From a bacterium (GTDB lineage: Bacteria; Babelota; Babeliae; Babelales; UBA12409): 64,000 nucleotides of DNA. Positions 8,372 through 18,483 of this stretch are shown in pieces. Every line of letters begins with the position of its first letter. The stretch's first letter is position 1. The DNA is taken from assembly GCA_021823685.1 (NCBI GenBank), contig JAKANL010000001.1, forward strand, positions 38,831 to 102,830, written 5' to 3'. The translations under genes and the position numbers were made by a program. Under the pieces are notes generated by a model that ran no database searches, was not told where the DNA came from, and worked only from the letters and a program-made list of their open reading frames with translations.

Positions 8372-11300
8372 TCAGAGGGTAATCTGAACCGTACAGTTCA
8401 TTTTTTCAAGCAATGCGATAAGCGTTGGGTCAATCGTGACAGTTGCACGTGTTTTAAGCTGCAGTGTTTTGTCGTTTTCTTGGTATTGGAGTGCGAGCTG
8501 TGTATCGCCACGTTTGAGCTGTTTTTTAAGATCGGCCAATATTTCTGTCGATGGATTTGCCGGTAATTGAATAACCAGACGGTGAGCTTTGAGTGTGTCT
8601 TGGAAAAGTATTTCGATGGGCGTAAACATATTGGCTTTTATGCGGCACTGGTCGGTTGAGGTATCCAGCGTGCCCTTAACTACAAACACGTGGTATGACT
8701 CGAGCCATTGCTCGATAGTGGCGAAAAGTTTAGGGAAAATAACAATATCAGCCGTTCCGGATAAGTCTTCTATCTGCGCAAAAGCCATGCGATCACCCTT
8801 TTTGGTGAACATAATGCGATGCGATTTTAAAAAACCACAGCAGGTGACAAAAATTTCTTTTTCGCCTTGTGCTTTATTTGCGCTACGTGCCTGAATGATA
8901 GGTGTGCTATCAAGTCGCCCCATTGAATCGCGGTAACTATCAAGAGGGTGCGCACTCAAATAAAAACCAATAACTTCTTTTTCATGACTGAGCTTTTCCT
9001 GAATCGGCCAGTCGGCGAGTGGCTGGAAGGCAAAGAGCTGTGGATCGTTCATTTTTTTGGTGCCGCCAAAAAGACCCATCTGGCCGGTTGCGCAACTTTT
9101 TTTGTGTTCGAGCGCATGTTCCAAGATTGTTTCAAGCTCGGCGATTTTTTGAGCGCGATTGCCCAAGAGCCCGTCAAGCGCGCCGGCGTATACGAGATTT
9201 TCGATGACACGTTTGTTGACCGTGCGCAAATCAACACGCGCGCAAAAATTAAGGAGATCAGCAAATGGTTTTTTCACACGTTCGGCCATGATATTTTCAA
9301 GAGCTGTTTGCCCAACATTTTTGATACCTTGGAGGCCAAATAAAATTGCGCTATTTTCAACGCTAAAAACGATTTCTGAGCGATTAATATCGGGTGGCAA
9401 TATGCCAATGCCGAGCGTTTTTGCTTCTTCCAAATAAAAAGACATTTTTTCTGGATCACTCACTTCCAAGCTGATTAAGCACGCCATAAATTCTGATGTG
9501 AAATTGGCCTTCAGATAAGCTGTTTGGTAAGCAATTTTTGCATAGGCGGCCGAGTGTGATTTATTAAACCCGTAACCAGCAAAATAGGCCATCAAGTCGA
9601 ACAGTTCACCCGCTTTTTTTGCGTCAAAACCGCGCTCTTTGGCGCGGGTTAAAAATATTTCGCGCTGCTGCGCCATGACCTCGGCTTTTTTCTTTCCCAT
9701 AGCGCGCCGTAAAATATCAGCCTCACCGAGCGAATATCCGCCAATAGCCGACGCAATTTTCATGACTTGCTCTTGATAAACGATGACGCCGTACGTTTCT
9801 TTTAAAATAGTTTCGAGCTCGGGAAACACATACACAATCTGCTGACGGCCGTGGCGGCGTTCAATATAATCATCGACCATGCCGGAGCCCAGGGGGCCGG
9901 GGCGATAAAGCGCGTTGACGGCGATAATATCTTCGAATTTATCTGGTTGTAGCCGTCTGAGAACATCCTTTAATCCGTCTGATTCTAATTGGAATACGCC
10001 CGATGTTTTACCTTGGCAGATGAGTAAAAAAGTGGCGGCATCATTAAGAGCTATATCTTCGATGTCGATCAAGATGTCGCGTTTTTTTTGGATTAATTTT
10101 ACAACGCGATCAATGAGCGTTAAGTTTTTAAGTCCCAAAAAATCGATCTTTAAAAAACCAAGATGTTCTAGTTCGGTCATAGCATATTGCGTTACCAGCT
10201 CATTACTTTTTGCTGGTACATAAACCGGGAGCAAATCGTCGACTGGTTGGGGGCAAATAACGATTCCAGCAGCATGTTTTGATGCGTGACGCGTGATGCC
10301 TTCCAGGCGAAACGCAAGATCAAAAAGTTGCGCGACTTTGGGGTTGCTTTTTTTAAGCGCCTCCAAACGCGGCTCTTGCTTGAGCGCCTCTTCTAAAGAT
10401 ACTTTGAGTTGATCGGGAACAAGGTTGGTAATGGCGTTGGCATCATCGAAGGGAAGGCCAAGCGCGCGGGCGACATCTTTGAGCACACCTTTTGCTGCCA
10501 TCGTACCAAAGGTAATGATATTGCAGACGTTATCGTGTCCATACTTATCGCGCACGTAGGCTATAACCTTATCGCGCCCCTCGATGCAAAAATCGATATC
10601 GATATCGGGCATGCTGATACGTTCAGGGTTTAAAAAACGTTCGAAAAGCAGATTATATTTGAGTGGATCAAGATTGGTAATTTCCATGGCCCAAGCAACG
10701 AGTGATCCCGCAGCTGAGCCACGGCCAGGACCAACGGGTACGTTGTTGCGGCGCGCCCAACGAATAAAATCACTGACGATGAGAAAATAACCGACAAAGC
10801 CCATTTTGGTAATGAGTTCAATTTCTTCTTCGAGACGTGATTGGTAGAGCGCAAGATGCTCTGAGGGAATTCTTCTTGCATCAATGAGCGCCTGAAATCC
10901 CTGATGGCACAGATGCGAAAAGTAACTTTCTTGCGTATGTTCTTGGGGCACTTCATAGAGCGGAAAAATAAGTTTGCCCGTTTGGAAGTTGAACGAACAT
11001 TGATCAACAATTTTTTGGGTGTTCCATAACGTTTCTTCGTGCCCCTTAAAAACTTCGAGCATTTCTGGCATGCTGCGCAGCCAGGGCTTACACGATCCAA
11101 ACGTCATGCGGTCTTTATCAGTGATCTTATGGTGTGTTTGAATGCACAGCATGACTTCGTGCGCTTCGCGATAATCATATGTTGGATAGTGGGCGTCGGT
11201 TGTGGCAATTATATCCAAGCCATATTTGGGGCCCATCTCATACATAAAATTATTGACGACGGTTTGTTCTGGCTGATCTTCGGGCTGTACTTCTAAAAAA

Positions 11301-11809
11301 AATCGTTGTTTGCCAAAAACATTCATAAACCATCGGATGCGTTCTTCGGCTTGTTCGCGTTGATTACTCAAAACAAGTGACGGGATGTGCCCGCCTAGGC
11401 ACGCCGTTGAAGCGATGAGTCCCTCGTTGTATCTTTCGAGGGCGGCATAATCGATGCGTGGCTTAAAATAGAAGCCGTCTTTGAAAGAAAAAGAGATGAG
11501 TTTGCATAAATTTTTGTACCCGATTTCATTTTGTACGAGCAGGAGAATGTGATAATACTTGTCCTCGGCATTTTTGATCGCTACGTCTTGCGTCATGTAG
11601 GCTTCCATGCCCAGAATGGGCTTGATGCCATTTTTTTTGCATAGCTCAAAAAACTTAACGGCACCAAAAATATTGCCATGATCGGTGAGCGCCACCGAGC
11701 TCATGCCGCATTCTTTTGTGCGTTCAACGAGCTGCTCGAGGCGTGTTGCGCCGTCCAGAAGCGAGTATTCAGAATGTACGTGTAAATGGGTAAAATGTTG
11801 ATCAGCCAT
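8372..11809 (-). CDS. dnaE: DNA polymerase III alpha subunit
   Basis: 1145 aa. PHP domain HLHVHSEYSLLDG, palm GRGSAAGSLVAWAMEITNLDP, and FAGYGFNKSHSAAYA, collinear with DnaE. Confidence 0.95.
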   Translation of the reverse strand: MADQHFTHLHVHSEYSLLDGATRLEQLVERTKECGMSSVALTDHGNIFGAVKFFELCKKNGIKPILGMEAYMTQDVAIKNAEDKYYHILLLVQNEIGYKNLCKLISFSFKDGFYFKPRIDYAALERYNEGLIASTACLGGHIPSLVLSNQREQAEERIRWFMNVFGKQRFFLEVQPEDQPEQTVVNNFMYEMGPKYGLDIIATTDAHYPTYDYREAHEVMLCIQTHHKITDKDRMTFGSCKPWLRSMPEMLEVFKGHEETLWNTQKIVDQCSFNFQTGKLIFPLYEVPQEHTQESYFSHLCHQGFQALIDARRIPSEHLALYQSRLEEEIELITKMGFVGYFLIVSDFIRWARRNNVPVGPGRGSAAGSLVAWAMEITNLDPLKYNLLFERFLNPERISMPDIDIDFCIEGRDKVIAYVRDKYGHDNVCNIITFGTMAAKGVLKDVARALGLPFDDANAITNLVPDQLKVSLEEALKQEPRLEALKKSNPKVAQLFDLAFRLEGITRHASKHAAGIVICPQPVDDLLPVYVPAKSNELVTQYAMTELEHLGFLKIDFLGLKNLTLIDRVVKLIQKKRDILIDIEDIALNDAATFLLICQGKTSGVFQLESDGLKDVLRRLQPDKFEDIIAVNALYRPGPLGSGMVDDYIERRHGRQQIVYVFPELETILKETYGVIVYQEQVMKIASAIGGYSLGEADILRRAMGKKKAEVMAQQREIFLTRAKERGFDAKKAGELFDLMAYFAGYGFNKSHSAAYAKIAYQTAYLKANFTSEFMACLISLEVSDPEKMSFYLEEAKTLGIGILPPDINRSEIVFSVENSAILFGLQGIKNVGQTALENIMAERVKKPFADLLNFCARVDLRTVNKRVIENLVYAGALDGLLGNRAQKIAELETILEHALEHKKSCATGQMGLFGGTKKMNDPQLFAFQPLADWPIQEKLSHEKEVIGFYLSAHPLDSYRDSMGRLDSTPIIQARSANKAQGEKEIFVTCCGFLKSHRIMFTKKGDRMAFAQIEDLSGTADIVIFPKLFATIEQWLESYHVFVVKGTLDTSTDQCRIKANMFTPIEILFQDTLKAHRLVIQLPANPSTEILADLKKQLKRGDTQLALQYQENDKTLQLKTRATVTIDPTLIALLEKMNCTVQITL

Positions 11810-11900
11810 ATCTATAGTATACGGAAAACTTAACCGTGCGTTAATGTGTTTTTCATCTAAAACACATTACGGTGATTTTTGAAATTTTCTAAACTTAATT

Positions 11901-12794
11901 TTAAACGATATTTTGAACCTGTTCGCGGCACTTTTCAATTTCAACTTTGATCGTAATAGCAAACGTGCTGATTGGTGAATGGGGGCACTTGGAAACAATG
12001 GTATTTATCTCGCGTGCCAATTCCTGCAAAATGAAATCAAGCTGGCGGCCCTTTTCATCTTGTTTGGCTTCCAAGAGCGTAGCAAAGCTTTTCAAATGCG
12101 TATTAAAGCGGACAATTTCTTCGTGAATGTCGATCTTATCCAGCTCGCTGTAGAGCATGAGCCCTTGTATTGCCGTATGATCAACGCCAGATTGGTTGAC
12201 GGTTGTCAGTTTTGTTTCAAGATCTTTTTTCGCTTGTTGGTGTACAATCTCAAATGCTTTTTCGATGGCCGTGATGTGTTCAGCCATGATGGCGGTGCGC
12301 TTTTTAAAATCAATTAAAAGCGAGGCGCCTTCAGCGGCGCGCGTTTTATTGAGAGCGTGGAGTGCTTGGGTAAAATCGTCCATGATTTGCTTGCGTACGG
12401 CATCGTTTACCGGCAGTTCTTCGCTAATGAAAACGTTGGGTATGTGAAGTATGTCGCTTACGTTAACTGACCCGGAAAGGCCAAATACTTTTTGTGCTTT
12501 GGTGAGCGAATCGAGGTAGCCTTTGACCGTAGAAAGTGAGAGGGTAACATCGCTTTTGAAGCAGTTCGGATTGCTCACATTCATGGTTAAATACATATGC
12601 CCACGGCTGAGAATTTCTTTGCCGCGTTTGATAAGGTCCGTTTCCAGTGAGCTTAGTACGGGTGTGAGCCGACACGTCGATTCAAAAAAACGCGAGTTAA
12701 GCGTTTTTATTGCTATGGTGAGCTGTACCGTTTCACTCGGTGATACCGACAAATTGAGTGTACGAGAAACAAATCCAGTCATGCTTGAAAGCAT
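11901..12794 (-). CDS. YicC-family protein
   Basis: N-terminus MLSSMTGF and C-terminus ELAREINTIVSKC...EIEKCREQVQNIV match the YicC N- and C-terminal family signatures. Confidence 0.8.
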   Translation of the reverse strand: MLSSMTGFVSRTLNLSVSPSETVQLTIAIKTLNSRFFESTCRLTPVLSSLETDLIKRGKEILSRGHMYLTMNVSNPNCFKSDVTLSLSTVKGYLDSLTKAQKVFGLSGSVNVSDILHIPNVFISEELPVNDAVRKQIMDDFTQALHALNKTRAAEGASLLIDFKKRTAIMAEHITAIEKAFEIVHQQAKKDLETKLTTVNQSGVDHTAIQGLMLYSELDKIDIHEEIVRFNTHLKSFATLLEAKQDEKGRQLDFILQELAREINTIVSKCPHSPISTFAITIKVEIEKCREQVQNIV

Positions 12795-12826
12795 AGGGCT
12801 CCTTTTCGTTGTGCGTTCTGGGCGCG

Positions 12827-13543
12827 TTATGCAAGGTTTGAATAAATATTTTGCACGTCATCGAGCTCTTCGATGTGCTCCAAAAACGCAATTACTTTTT
12901 CCTCTTTTTCCGGCGATAACGATATGGTATTTTTTGCTACTTTTTCAACTTCAGCCGCTTCAACGGTGTATCCGGCGTCGAGCAATACCTTTTTTACCAC
13001 TTCGAGTTGTTTGGGCTGTACCGTGATGGATGCTAAATTATCGCTTACATCGATATCGTCGATATCATAGTCGATCAAAAGTTCAATGAAATCATCTTCA
13101 CTCTTGCCATTGGCGGGTACGCGGATAACGCCCCTTTTTTCAAACATCCAGCTGACGGCGCCGGCCTCAGCGAGCGTCCCGTTATTTGCAGAAAACGCGT
13201 GCCGCATGTCGGCTACCGTACGATTTTTATTATCGGTAAGGCATTCAACTAAGACAGCAACGCCCTCTGGCGCGTAACCTTCGTACGTCTGTTCTTCATA
13301 ATTAACCCCAGGGAGTTCGCCGGTGCCGCGCTTGATGGCTCGCGAAATGTTTTCAGCGGGCATATTAGCCGCGCGTGCCTTATCAACAATGGTGCGTAGG
13401 CGAAAATTTGAGTTAATATCACCGCCGCCATGCTTGGCTGCAATGGTTATTTCTTTGCCGAAACGTGTGAAAATTTTACCTTTTTTGGCATCTTGGGCTG
13501 CTTTGCGGTGTTTGATATTTGCCCATTTTGAATGGCCTGACAT
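12827..13543 (-). CDS. YebC/PmpR-family DNA-binding regulator
   Basis: MSGHSKWANIKHRKAAQDAKKGKIFT... is the invariant N-terminus of the YebC family. The 238-aa length is typical. Confidence 0.9.
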   Translation of the reverse strand: MSGHSKWANIKHRKAAQDAKKGKIFTRFGKEITIAAKHGGGDINSNFRLRTIVDKARAANMPAENISRAIKRGTGELPGVNYEEQTYEGYAPEGVAVLVECLTDNKNRTVADMRHAFSANNGTLAEAGAVSWMFEKRGVIRVPANGKSEDDFIELLIDYDIDDIDVSDNLASITVQPKQLEVVKKVLLDAGYTVEAAEVEKVAKNTISLSPEKEEKVIAFLEHIEELDDVQNIYSNLA

Positions 13544-13636
13544 GCGGTCTCCACGTGATTTTCAATCTTTTCATGTATATACAATTTTAGTATAACCGGC
13601 GGGGCTTGTTTTGCCAATGCCATCTTATTGCACCGT

Positions 13637-14665
13637 TTAAGTAGTTTGTTGCTCGAATAGTTTTGTTTTCAGCTTAAGCTGCATAAGTGGTGGAATTTGT
13701 CGGCCGCGGGGGGTTTTTTCCAGGTATCCTTTGCGCATGAGAAACGGTTCGTAGACCGTTTCGATGGTGTCGCTATCTTCACCGATAAGTGAGGCGATGG
13801 TCTCAATGCCAACCGGCCCGCCGCCGAAATGGCGCATGATTTTATGTAGAATTAGGTTGTCTACCGTGCTCAGGCCGTCTTCGTTAATACCCAAAAATTC
13901 CAGTGATTGCTTAACCAATTCGTCACCCACGCTTTGTACGTTACGTACTTGTGAAAAATCGCGCACACGGCGGCACAATTTTTTGGCAACGCGCGGTGTT
14001 CCTCGTGCCGATTGTGCAATGCGTAGAGCGCCGCTCGGTTCTATGCTCAGTTGTAGGAATTGTGCGTATTGTTGGACAACTTCTTGCAGTTCGGTGTCGG
14101 TGTAAAAATCGAGGCGTTCAGTAATGCCAAAACGGCTGCGCAGTGGTGCGCTCAGAAGTCCTGACTTGGTTGTTGCGCCAATAAGAGTGAATGCGTTGAT
14201 GGGTAAATTAACCGTTTTTGCGCCTGCACCTTGGCCGATGATAACATCAACGCGAAAATGTTCCATGGCGCTATAGAGTACTTCTTCTACCGTTTTTGAC
14301 ATGCGATGAATTTCATCGATAAATAAAATATCGCGCGGGCTGAGTCCAGATAAAATAGCGACTAAATCTCCGGTACGTTCTAACATGGGGCCGCTGCAAA
14401 TTCTGATGCCAACTTCCATTTCGTGTGCCATGATTTGTGAAAGCGTTGTTTTACCCAGTCCTGGCGGTCCTGAAAAAAGAATATGATCAACGGCTTCACC
14501 GCGCATTTTGGCGGCTTTGGTGTATATGCTTAGTTTTTCTTTGAGTGTGCATTGCCCAACGAATTGCCCAAAGCACGTAGGCGTAAAATCGTGCACGAGT
14601 TCTTCAGGCTGGTCTTGAAGTGTTATGATGTCGATGGCATTGGCAAATGGATTAAATTCGGTCAT
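13637..14665 (-). CDS. ruvB: Holliday junction branch migration ATPase RuvB
   Basis: Walker A GPPGLGKTTL, Walker B LFIDEIHR, sensor IGATT, and arginine finger RSRFG. 342 aa. Confidence 0.93.
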   Translation of the reverse strand: MTEFNPFANAIDIITLQDQPEELVHDFTPTCFGQFVGQCTLKEKLSIYTKAAKMRGEAVDHILFSGPPGLGKTTLSQIMAHEMEVGIRICSGPMLERTGDLVAILSGLSPRDILFIDEIHRMSKTVEEVLYSAMEHFRVDVIIGQGAGAKTVNLPINAFTLIGATTKSGLLSAPLRSRFGITERLDFYTDTELQEVVQQYAQFLQLSIEPSGALRIAQSARGTPRVAKKLCRRVRDFSQVRNVQSVGDELVKQSLEFLGINEDGLSTVDNLILHKIMRHFGGGPVGIETIASLIGEDSDTIETVYEPFLMRKGYLEKTPRGRQIPPLMQLKLKTKLFEQQTT

Positions 14666-14712
14666 CGCGCTCTCCGATACAGCGTTAGTATACTCGTGCC
14701 CGTGGCGTAACT

Positions 14713-15819
14713 CTAGCTTGTTTCTAGCGAGAAGCGTCGCATAATGATGCCGTTAATCCAACCGAGTGCTGCATAGGTAATCCAGGAATGGCTTAATCCA
14801 TAGCTCATGAGCGGTAACGGAATGCCAACGACGGGCAGAAGATCTGTTACCATGCCGATGTTAATAATAATGGAAAAAGCTACTGGCGCTAAGAGTCCGA
14901 TTGCCAGAAGTTGGGCAAAAAAGGCTCTTAGCCGTTGAATGGTTAAAAGTATGCGAATAATAAGAATGGCGTAGAGGAGCATGAGAATGCTCGCGCCAAC
15001 CAATCCCCACTCTTCGCAAAAAACGGAGAAAATAAAGTCGGTACGGCGTTCGGGCAAAAAAGCGAGTCGGTTTTGCGTGCCTTGTAAAAATCCTTTGCCC
15101 CACATGCCGCCTGAACCAATAGCAATTTTCGATTGTTCCACTTGATAGCGTTCTACGCGATCCGAGCCAGCGCCAAGAAAAACTTCAATGCGTTTTTTTT
15201 GATATGGCTTGAGGCAGGCATAGAGGAGCGGTGCTGCGAGGGCCGAGAGATTGATCTGCCAGAAGAAAAATTTTTTGGCGATGCCGGCATACCAGAGCAT
15301 TATAATGGCGGAAAATAAGATGATGAGTGCGGTGCCCAAATCTGGTTGTTTTAAAATGAGCAAAAGGCTGATGGCCATGACGATCAAGATGGGAATAAAT
15401 GTTTGAAAGGTGAATTCAGTGCCATCGTCGGCTTCCAAATAGTATACGACGAATGCGGGCAAAAAAAGTTTTGCAAGTTCTGAGGGCTGAAATTTGATAA
15501 CTTTAAGATCGATCCAGCGTTGTGCGCCCATGCCAACACTTCCCTTGATGAGTGCAAAAATGAGCAGCCCGAGTGTGGCAAAGTAAAGGAAGTAGCCCCA
15601 ACGGCACAGGAGCTGAAAATCGATGACGCAAAAAGCGGCATAAATGCCTAGGCCGATGAGTGTTCCGGTAAGCTGTTTGGTGAAGTAGGGTGAATACGGC
15701 TGTGCATTAGTGTACGTTGCGCTATATACGCAGGCAAGGCCAATGCCTGCGATGGTAGTTGTGATGAACAGACTGAGCCAGTCAATGTGTTTTAAGTAAC
15801 GTAGGTGAAAGGTGGCCAT
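14713..15819 (-). CDS. SEDS-family peptidoglycan glycosyltransferase (RodA/FtsW)
   Basis: About 10 predicted TM helices. Motifs are ERRTDFIFSVFCEEWG, NIGMVTDLLPVVGIPLPLMSYG. Confidence 0.85.
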   Translation of the reverse strand: MATFHLRYLKHIDWLSLFITTTIAGIGLACVYSATYTNAQPYSPYFTKQLTGTLIGLGIYAAFCVIDFQLLCRWGYFLYFATLGLLIFALIKGSVGMGAQRWIDLKVIKFQPSELAKLFLPAFVVYYLEADDGTEFTFQTFIPILIVMAISLLLILKQPDLGTALIILFSAIIMLWYAGIAKKFFFWQINLSALAAPLLYACLKPYQKKRIEVFLGAGSDRVERYQVEQSKIAIGSGGMWGKGFLQGTQNRLAFLPERRTDFIFSVFCEEWGLVGASILMLLYAILIIRILLTIQRLRAFFAQLLAIGLLAPVAFSIIINIGMVTDLLPVVGIPLPLMSYGLSHSWITYAALGWINGIIMRRFSLETS

Positions 15820-15821
15820 AA

Positions 15822-16211
15822 TCAGTTGCGCTGGTAAGCATTAGGGAGCAAATCGCCTAATTCATGCGTTTCATACGAACCATTTTTAGCGATTAAAATG
15901 GGTATTGATCCGCACATATCCAGCAATACCTGCCGGCAGGTGCCGCATGGTGTTTGGCCATCAGGGGTTGCCAGAGCAAGCGCGATAATCTTTTTCTTAC
16001 CTTTGGCTAGTGCGCTGAATAGTGCAACGCGTTCCGCGCAGCAGGCCAGTCTGCCTGACGGCGTTTCTATGTTGCAGCCGATAACGATACTGCCGTCGCC
16101 GGTAAGTACGGCAGCGCCGACGGGATATTTCGAAACGGGCGATAAACCTGGGTTAATAGCCGAACGGGCATGTGCGATAAGCTGTGTGATCAGATCCTGA
16201 GATAGTTTCAT
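15822..16211 (-). CDS. cdd: cytidine deaminase
   Basis: Zinc motifs CAERVALFSA and PCGTCRQVL. ATG 16211 (MKLSQDLITQ...) gives a typical 129-aa Cdd; the ORF opens at 16292. Confidence 0.85.
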   Translation of the reverse strand: MKLSQDLITQLIAHARSAINPGLSPVSKYPVGAAVLTGDGSIVIGCNIETPSGRLACCAERVALFSALAKGKKKIIALALATPDGQTPCGTCRQVLLDMCGSIPILIAKNGSYETHELGDLLPNAYQRN

Positions 16212-16310
16212 AGCAATCTTTCGATTTGATCCTTGAACGTTCATCAGTGTATCGCGAAAGGATGATGCATGCAAAAGTTGCACGCAAAGCATGTTTTTAA
16301 AAAATCAGAC

Positions 16311-16338
16311 TTGTAAAAAATTGATTTTTTGGTATAAT
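16311..16338 (+). promoter_or_regulatory. sigma70-like promoter
   Basis: TTGTAA (16311..16316), a 16-nt spacer, and perfect TATAAT (16333..16338), 13 nt upstream of ATG 16351. Confidence 0.4.
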
Positions 16339-16350
16339 TAATATATCAAA

Positions 16351-16905
16351 ATGGCCATGGAGGTTATTGTGCACAAAAAAATACTTTTTTTGCTTTTATC
16401 TATCGGTTTGGCGGTTGTTATTCAGCCCGTCCAGCTACGCGCTTCATCACGGATGGCGAAGGCTTGCTGGTGCGTTGGGGTTGCGAGTGCTGCCGTTTAT
16501 GTCCTTAAGGCTCATTGGTTTGAAAAGATTTTTTGTTGCGGCTTTGTTTCGCTGGCTTACCTGAGCGTATATCGGTACTTATTTCGCGAAAAATATCCGG
16601 TAATTCATGCCAAAGAATGGGAGCTTTTTCGGCGTAATGATGGCGGCTATCTCTTTGTTGCATTTAATTTATTGCCCAACGGCTGTCTGTTGCAGCGGCT
16701 ATATCAATGCGATAGGCAAGGGGCTATACAGGATCTATCAACAACGGTTGCTTTGGATGGTGACCGTGCGTTTGACCAGAGGTTTAGGCAGGCCCTTGGT
16801 GAACGCGGGGTGCTTATTGAGTCGGCTGCGAGTGTCGATCAAGATATCAATCCCGTAATATTTATCGCCGAACGTGTCGCACATGACTTACATTTGCAGC
16901 GTTAA
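16351..16905 (+). CDS. hypothetical membrane protein
   Basis: Three N-terminal hydrophobic segments (ILFLLLSIGLAVVIQPV, CWCVGVASAAVYVL, CCGFVSLAYLSVY). No known motif. Confidence 0.55.
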   Translation: MAMEVIVHKKILFLLLSIGLAVVIQPVQLRASSRMAKACWCVGVASAAVYVLKAHWFEKIFCCGFVSLAYLSVYRYLFREKYPVIHAKEWELFRRNDGGYLFVAFNLLPNGCLLQRLYQCDRQGAIQDLSTTVALDGDRAFDQRFRQALGERGVLIESAASVDQDINPVIFIAERVAHDLHLQR

Positions 16906-17688
16906 TCCGGTCAACGCTAATTCTGTTGGCCGCCAGGCTGGCGATGTCGGTAGTTGGTGGGCCGTTGGATTTATGCGTGTATAGATCGCTTCAACAGCGG
17001 TTTTCATGGCGGGGTTAAGAAGATTTCGCGCCTGATAAGCGCGTTGATAGCATTCTTTGGCAAATGTTGCTTGCAGTCCATTAAGGGGTATTGATGCAAA
17101 ATAGCTGGTCAACCACGCATAAACGTGCGCCTGTTGGATAGGCGTGAGCTTATTGATATCGTTGTTTCTCACGATTGTGGCGTAGGAGTGGTATGTTTCG
17201 GCTGGCACGCAGGTAAAGTACCCGGATAGAAAACAGGCGAGCGGAAGGTTATGTGGATCGATGTAGCGGCTGCGATATGCCGCTTGGGAAAGCAGCGCGT
17301 GTGGATCGATGTTGAGCATAAATTGGGGATAGTGGTGGATAGCTTCTACGGTAAGTTCGGCTAGGCTGAGCAAAAAATTCGTTTTCATGTATTCGTTGGT
17401 CATTGCGTTGATTGATCTTTCCAGAACGGTAAATGCTCCGGATAAATCTTCCAGCTGACCATTCTCGATATACGTGCATGCGTTTTTGAAATACGTGCAT
17501 ACATAGGTAAATTCACTCATGCCGGTAGGTGATCCGATTGGGCTTCGCGATGGCTCGAATATGGATGAATCCATGGCATTGAGGCGCACGATGGTTAGGC
17601 AGACGGCAAACAATTTTTTACGATCCATAAGAATTCCTTTAGGATAAAAAAGTAGCATAAATATAGCGAAAAAAAGCTTTTGTTTCAA
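16888..17688 (-). CDS. hypothetical protein
   Basis: 266-aa ORF with hydrophobic N-terminus MKQKLFFAIFMLLF. Its 3' end overlaps the convergent 16351..16905 gene by 18 nt. No motif recognised. Confidence 0.55.
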   Translation of the reverse strand: MKQKLFFAIFMLLFYPKGILMDRKKLFAVCLTIVRLNAMDSSIFEPSRSPIGSPTGMSEFTYVCTYFKNACTYIENGQLEDLSGAFTVLERSINAMTNEYMKTNFLLSLAELTVEAIHHYPQFMLNIDPHALLSQAAYRSRYIDPHNLPLACFLSGYFTCVPAETYHSYATIVRNNDINKLTPIQQAHVYAWLTSYFASIPLNGLQATFAKECYQRAYQARNLLNPAMKTAVEAIYTRINPTAHQLPTSPAWRPTELALTGLTLQM

Positions 17689-17710
17689 CGCTTTTTGCGT
17701 AAACAGCCGC

Positions 17711-17738
17711 TTGACATTTTTTCAATTTGCATTATAAT
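17711..17738 (+). promoter_or_regulatory. consensus sigma70-type promoter
   Basis: Perfect TTGACA (17711..17716), a 16-nt spacer, and perfect TATAAT (17733..17738), upstream of the lipoprotein gene. Confidence 0.55.
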
Positions 17739-17790
17739 TAATGATAGATATTTATTTATTTTGATAACAATGAAAATAAGGAGTCAGGGG

Positions 17791-18234
17791 ATGGCTTTGA
17801 TTCGTTTCCTCATACTAACAATGGCCGTAATGGCCGGAATATCGGTAAATAGTTACGCTGGATGTGGTGTAAGTAAACCGCTTCAACAGTCTATGGTTCG
17901 TTCTAAGTCCGCCGATCAGGCTTCGGCGCAGCTGGCAGTCAAAAAACGTGGTGCTATGCCTCGCACAGTATCATGCGTTGTCGAATCGTTACAATTTTAC
18001 TACATGGTAAAACGTGACGGGCTTAGGGATTTTAGTGAATGTGCTGCAAATCGTCTTGCTCAGAGCGGGAAAACGATTATTCGTTTCGAGCTCGCCGGGC
18101 AAACCATTGCCGCTCTCGTGGCCTCTGGTTTGAGTTATGATGAGGCCGCCAAGCTTGTCTGGCAAGCGCGAAGAGCGAGCTCTGGTGAAGTGAGTGGGCT
18201 GGAACAAGCATCCGAGACCAGCACTGATGCATAA
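17791..18234 (+). CDS. putative lipoprotein
   Basis: AAGGAG (17778..17783) lies 7 nt before ATG 17791. MALIRFLILTMAVMAGISVNSYAGC carries a lipobox-like YAGC. The ORF opens at 17680, but that region holds the promoter. Confidence 0.6.
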   Translation: MALIRFLILTMAVMAGISVNSYAGCGVSKPLQQSMVRSKSADQASAQLAVKKRGAMPRTVSCVVESLQFYYMVKRDGLRDFSECAANRLAQSGKTIIRFELAGQTIAALVASGLSYDEAAKLVWQARRASSGEVSGLEQASETSTDA

Positions 18235-18261
18235 GTATAATTATTTTTAGATCATCAAAAC

Positions 18262-18296
18262 AAAAGAGACCGGTTTTTCAACCGGTCTCTTTTGTT
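18262..18296. terminator. bidirectional rho-independent terminator
   Basis: AGAGACCGGT / ACCGGTCTCT perfect 10-bp stem with a 6-nt loop, flanked by CAAAAG and TTTTG. It lies between the lipoprotein gene (+) and tRNA-Pro (-). Confidence 0.7.
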
Positions 18297-18352
18297 GTTA
18301 CTTCTGCTGCACAATGCGCCGGCTTGGAAACCCGGCGTGCGCTGCATTTTTC

Positions 18353-18429
18353 TGGTCGGGGCAGCGAGACTCGAACTCACAACCCCTCGCTCCCAAAGCG
18401 AGTGCGCTAGCCAATTGCGCCATGCCCCG
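18353..18429 (-). tRNA. tRNA-Pro (anticodon UGG), CCA encoded
   Basis: The reverse complement folds as a cloverleaf: acceptor CGGGGCA/TGCCCCG, anticodon arm CTCGC-TTTGGGA-GCGAG, T arm GTGAG-TTCGAGT-CTCGC, 3' ACCA. Confidence 0.9.
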
Positions 18430-18483
18430 ACAAAACTTTCAATGTGCTTTTATGATAGTTGTTTTTTGACCTGTTGGCAAGCG

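Noticed and set aside
8589-11296. Many 60-150-aa ORFs on the + strand inside dnaE, and similar ORFs inside uvrA, mutS, glyQS and the 27297..30068 gene
   Set aside because: All are nested antisense or out of frame within long, motif-supported genes. They have no RBS or motif support.
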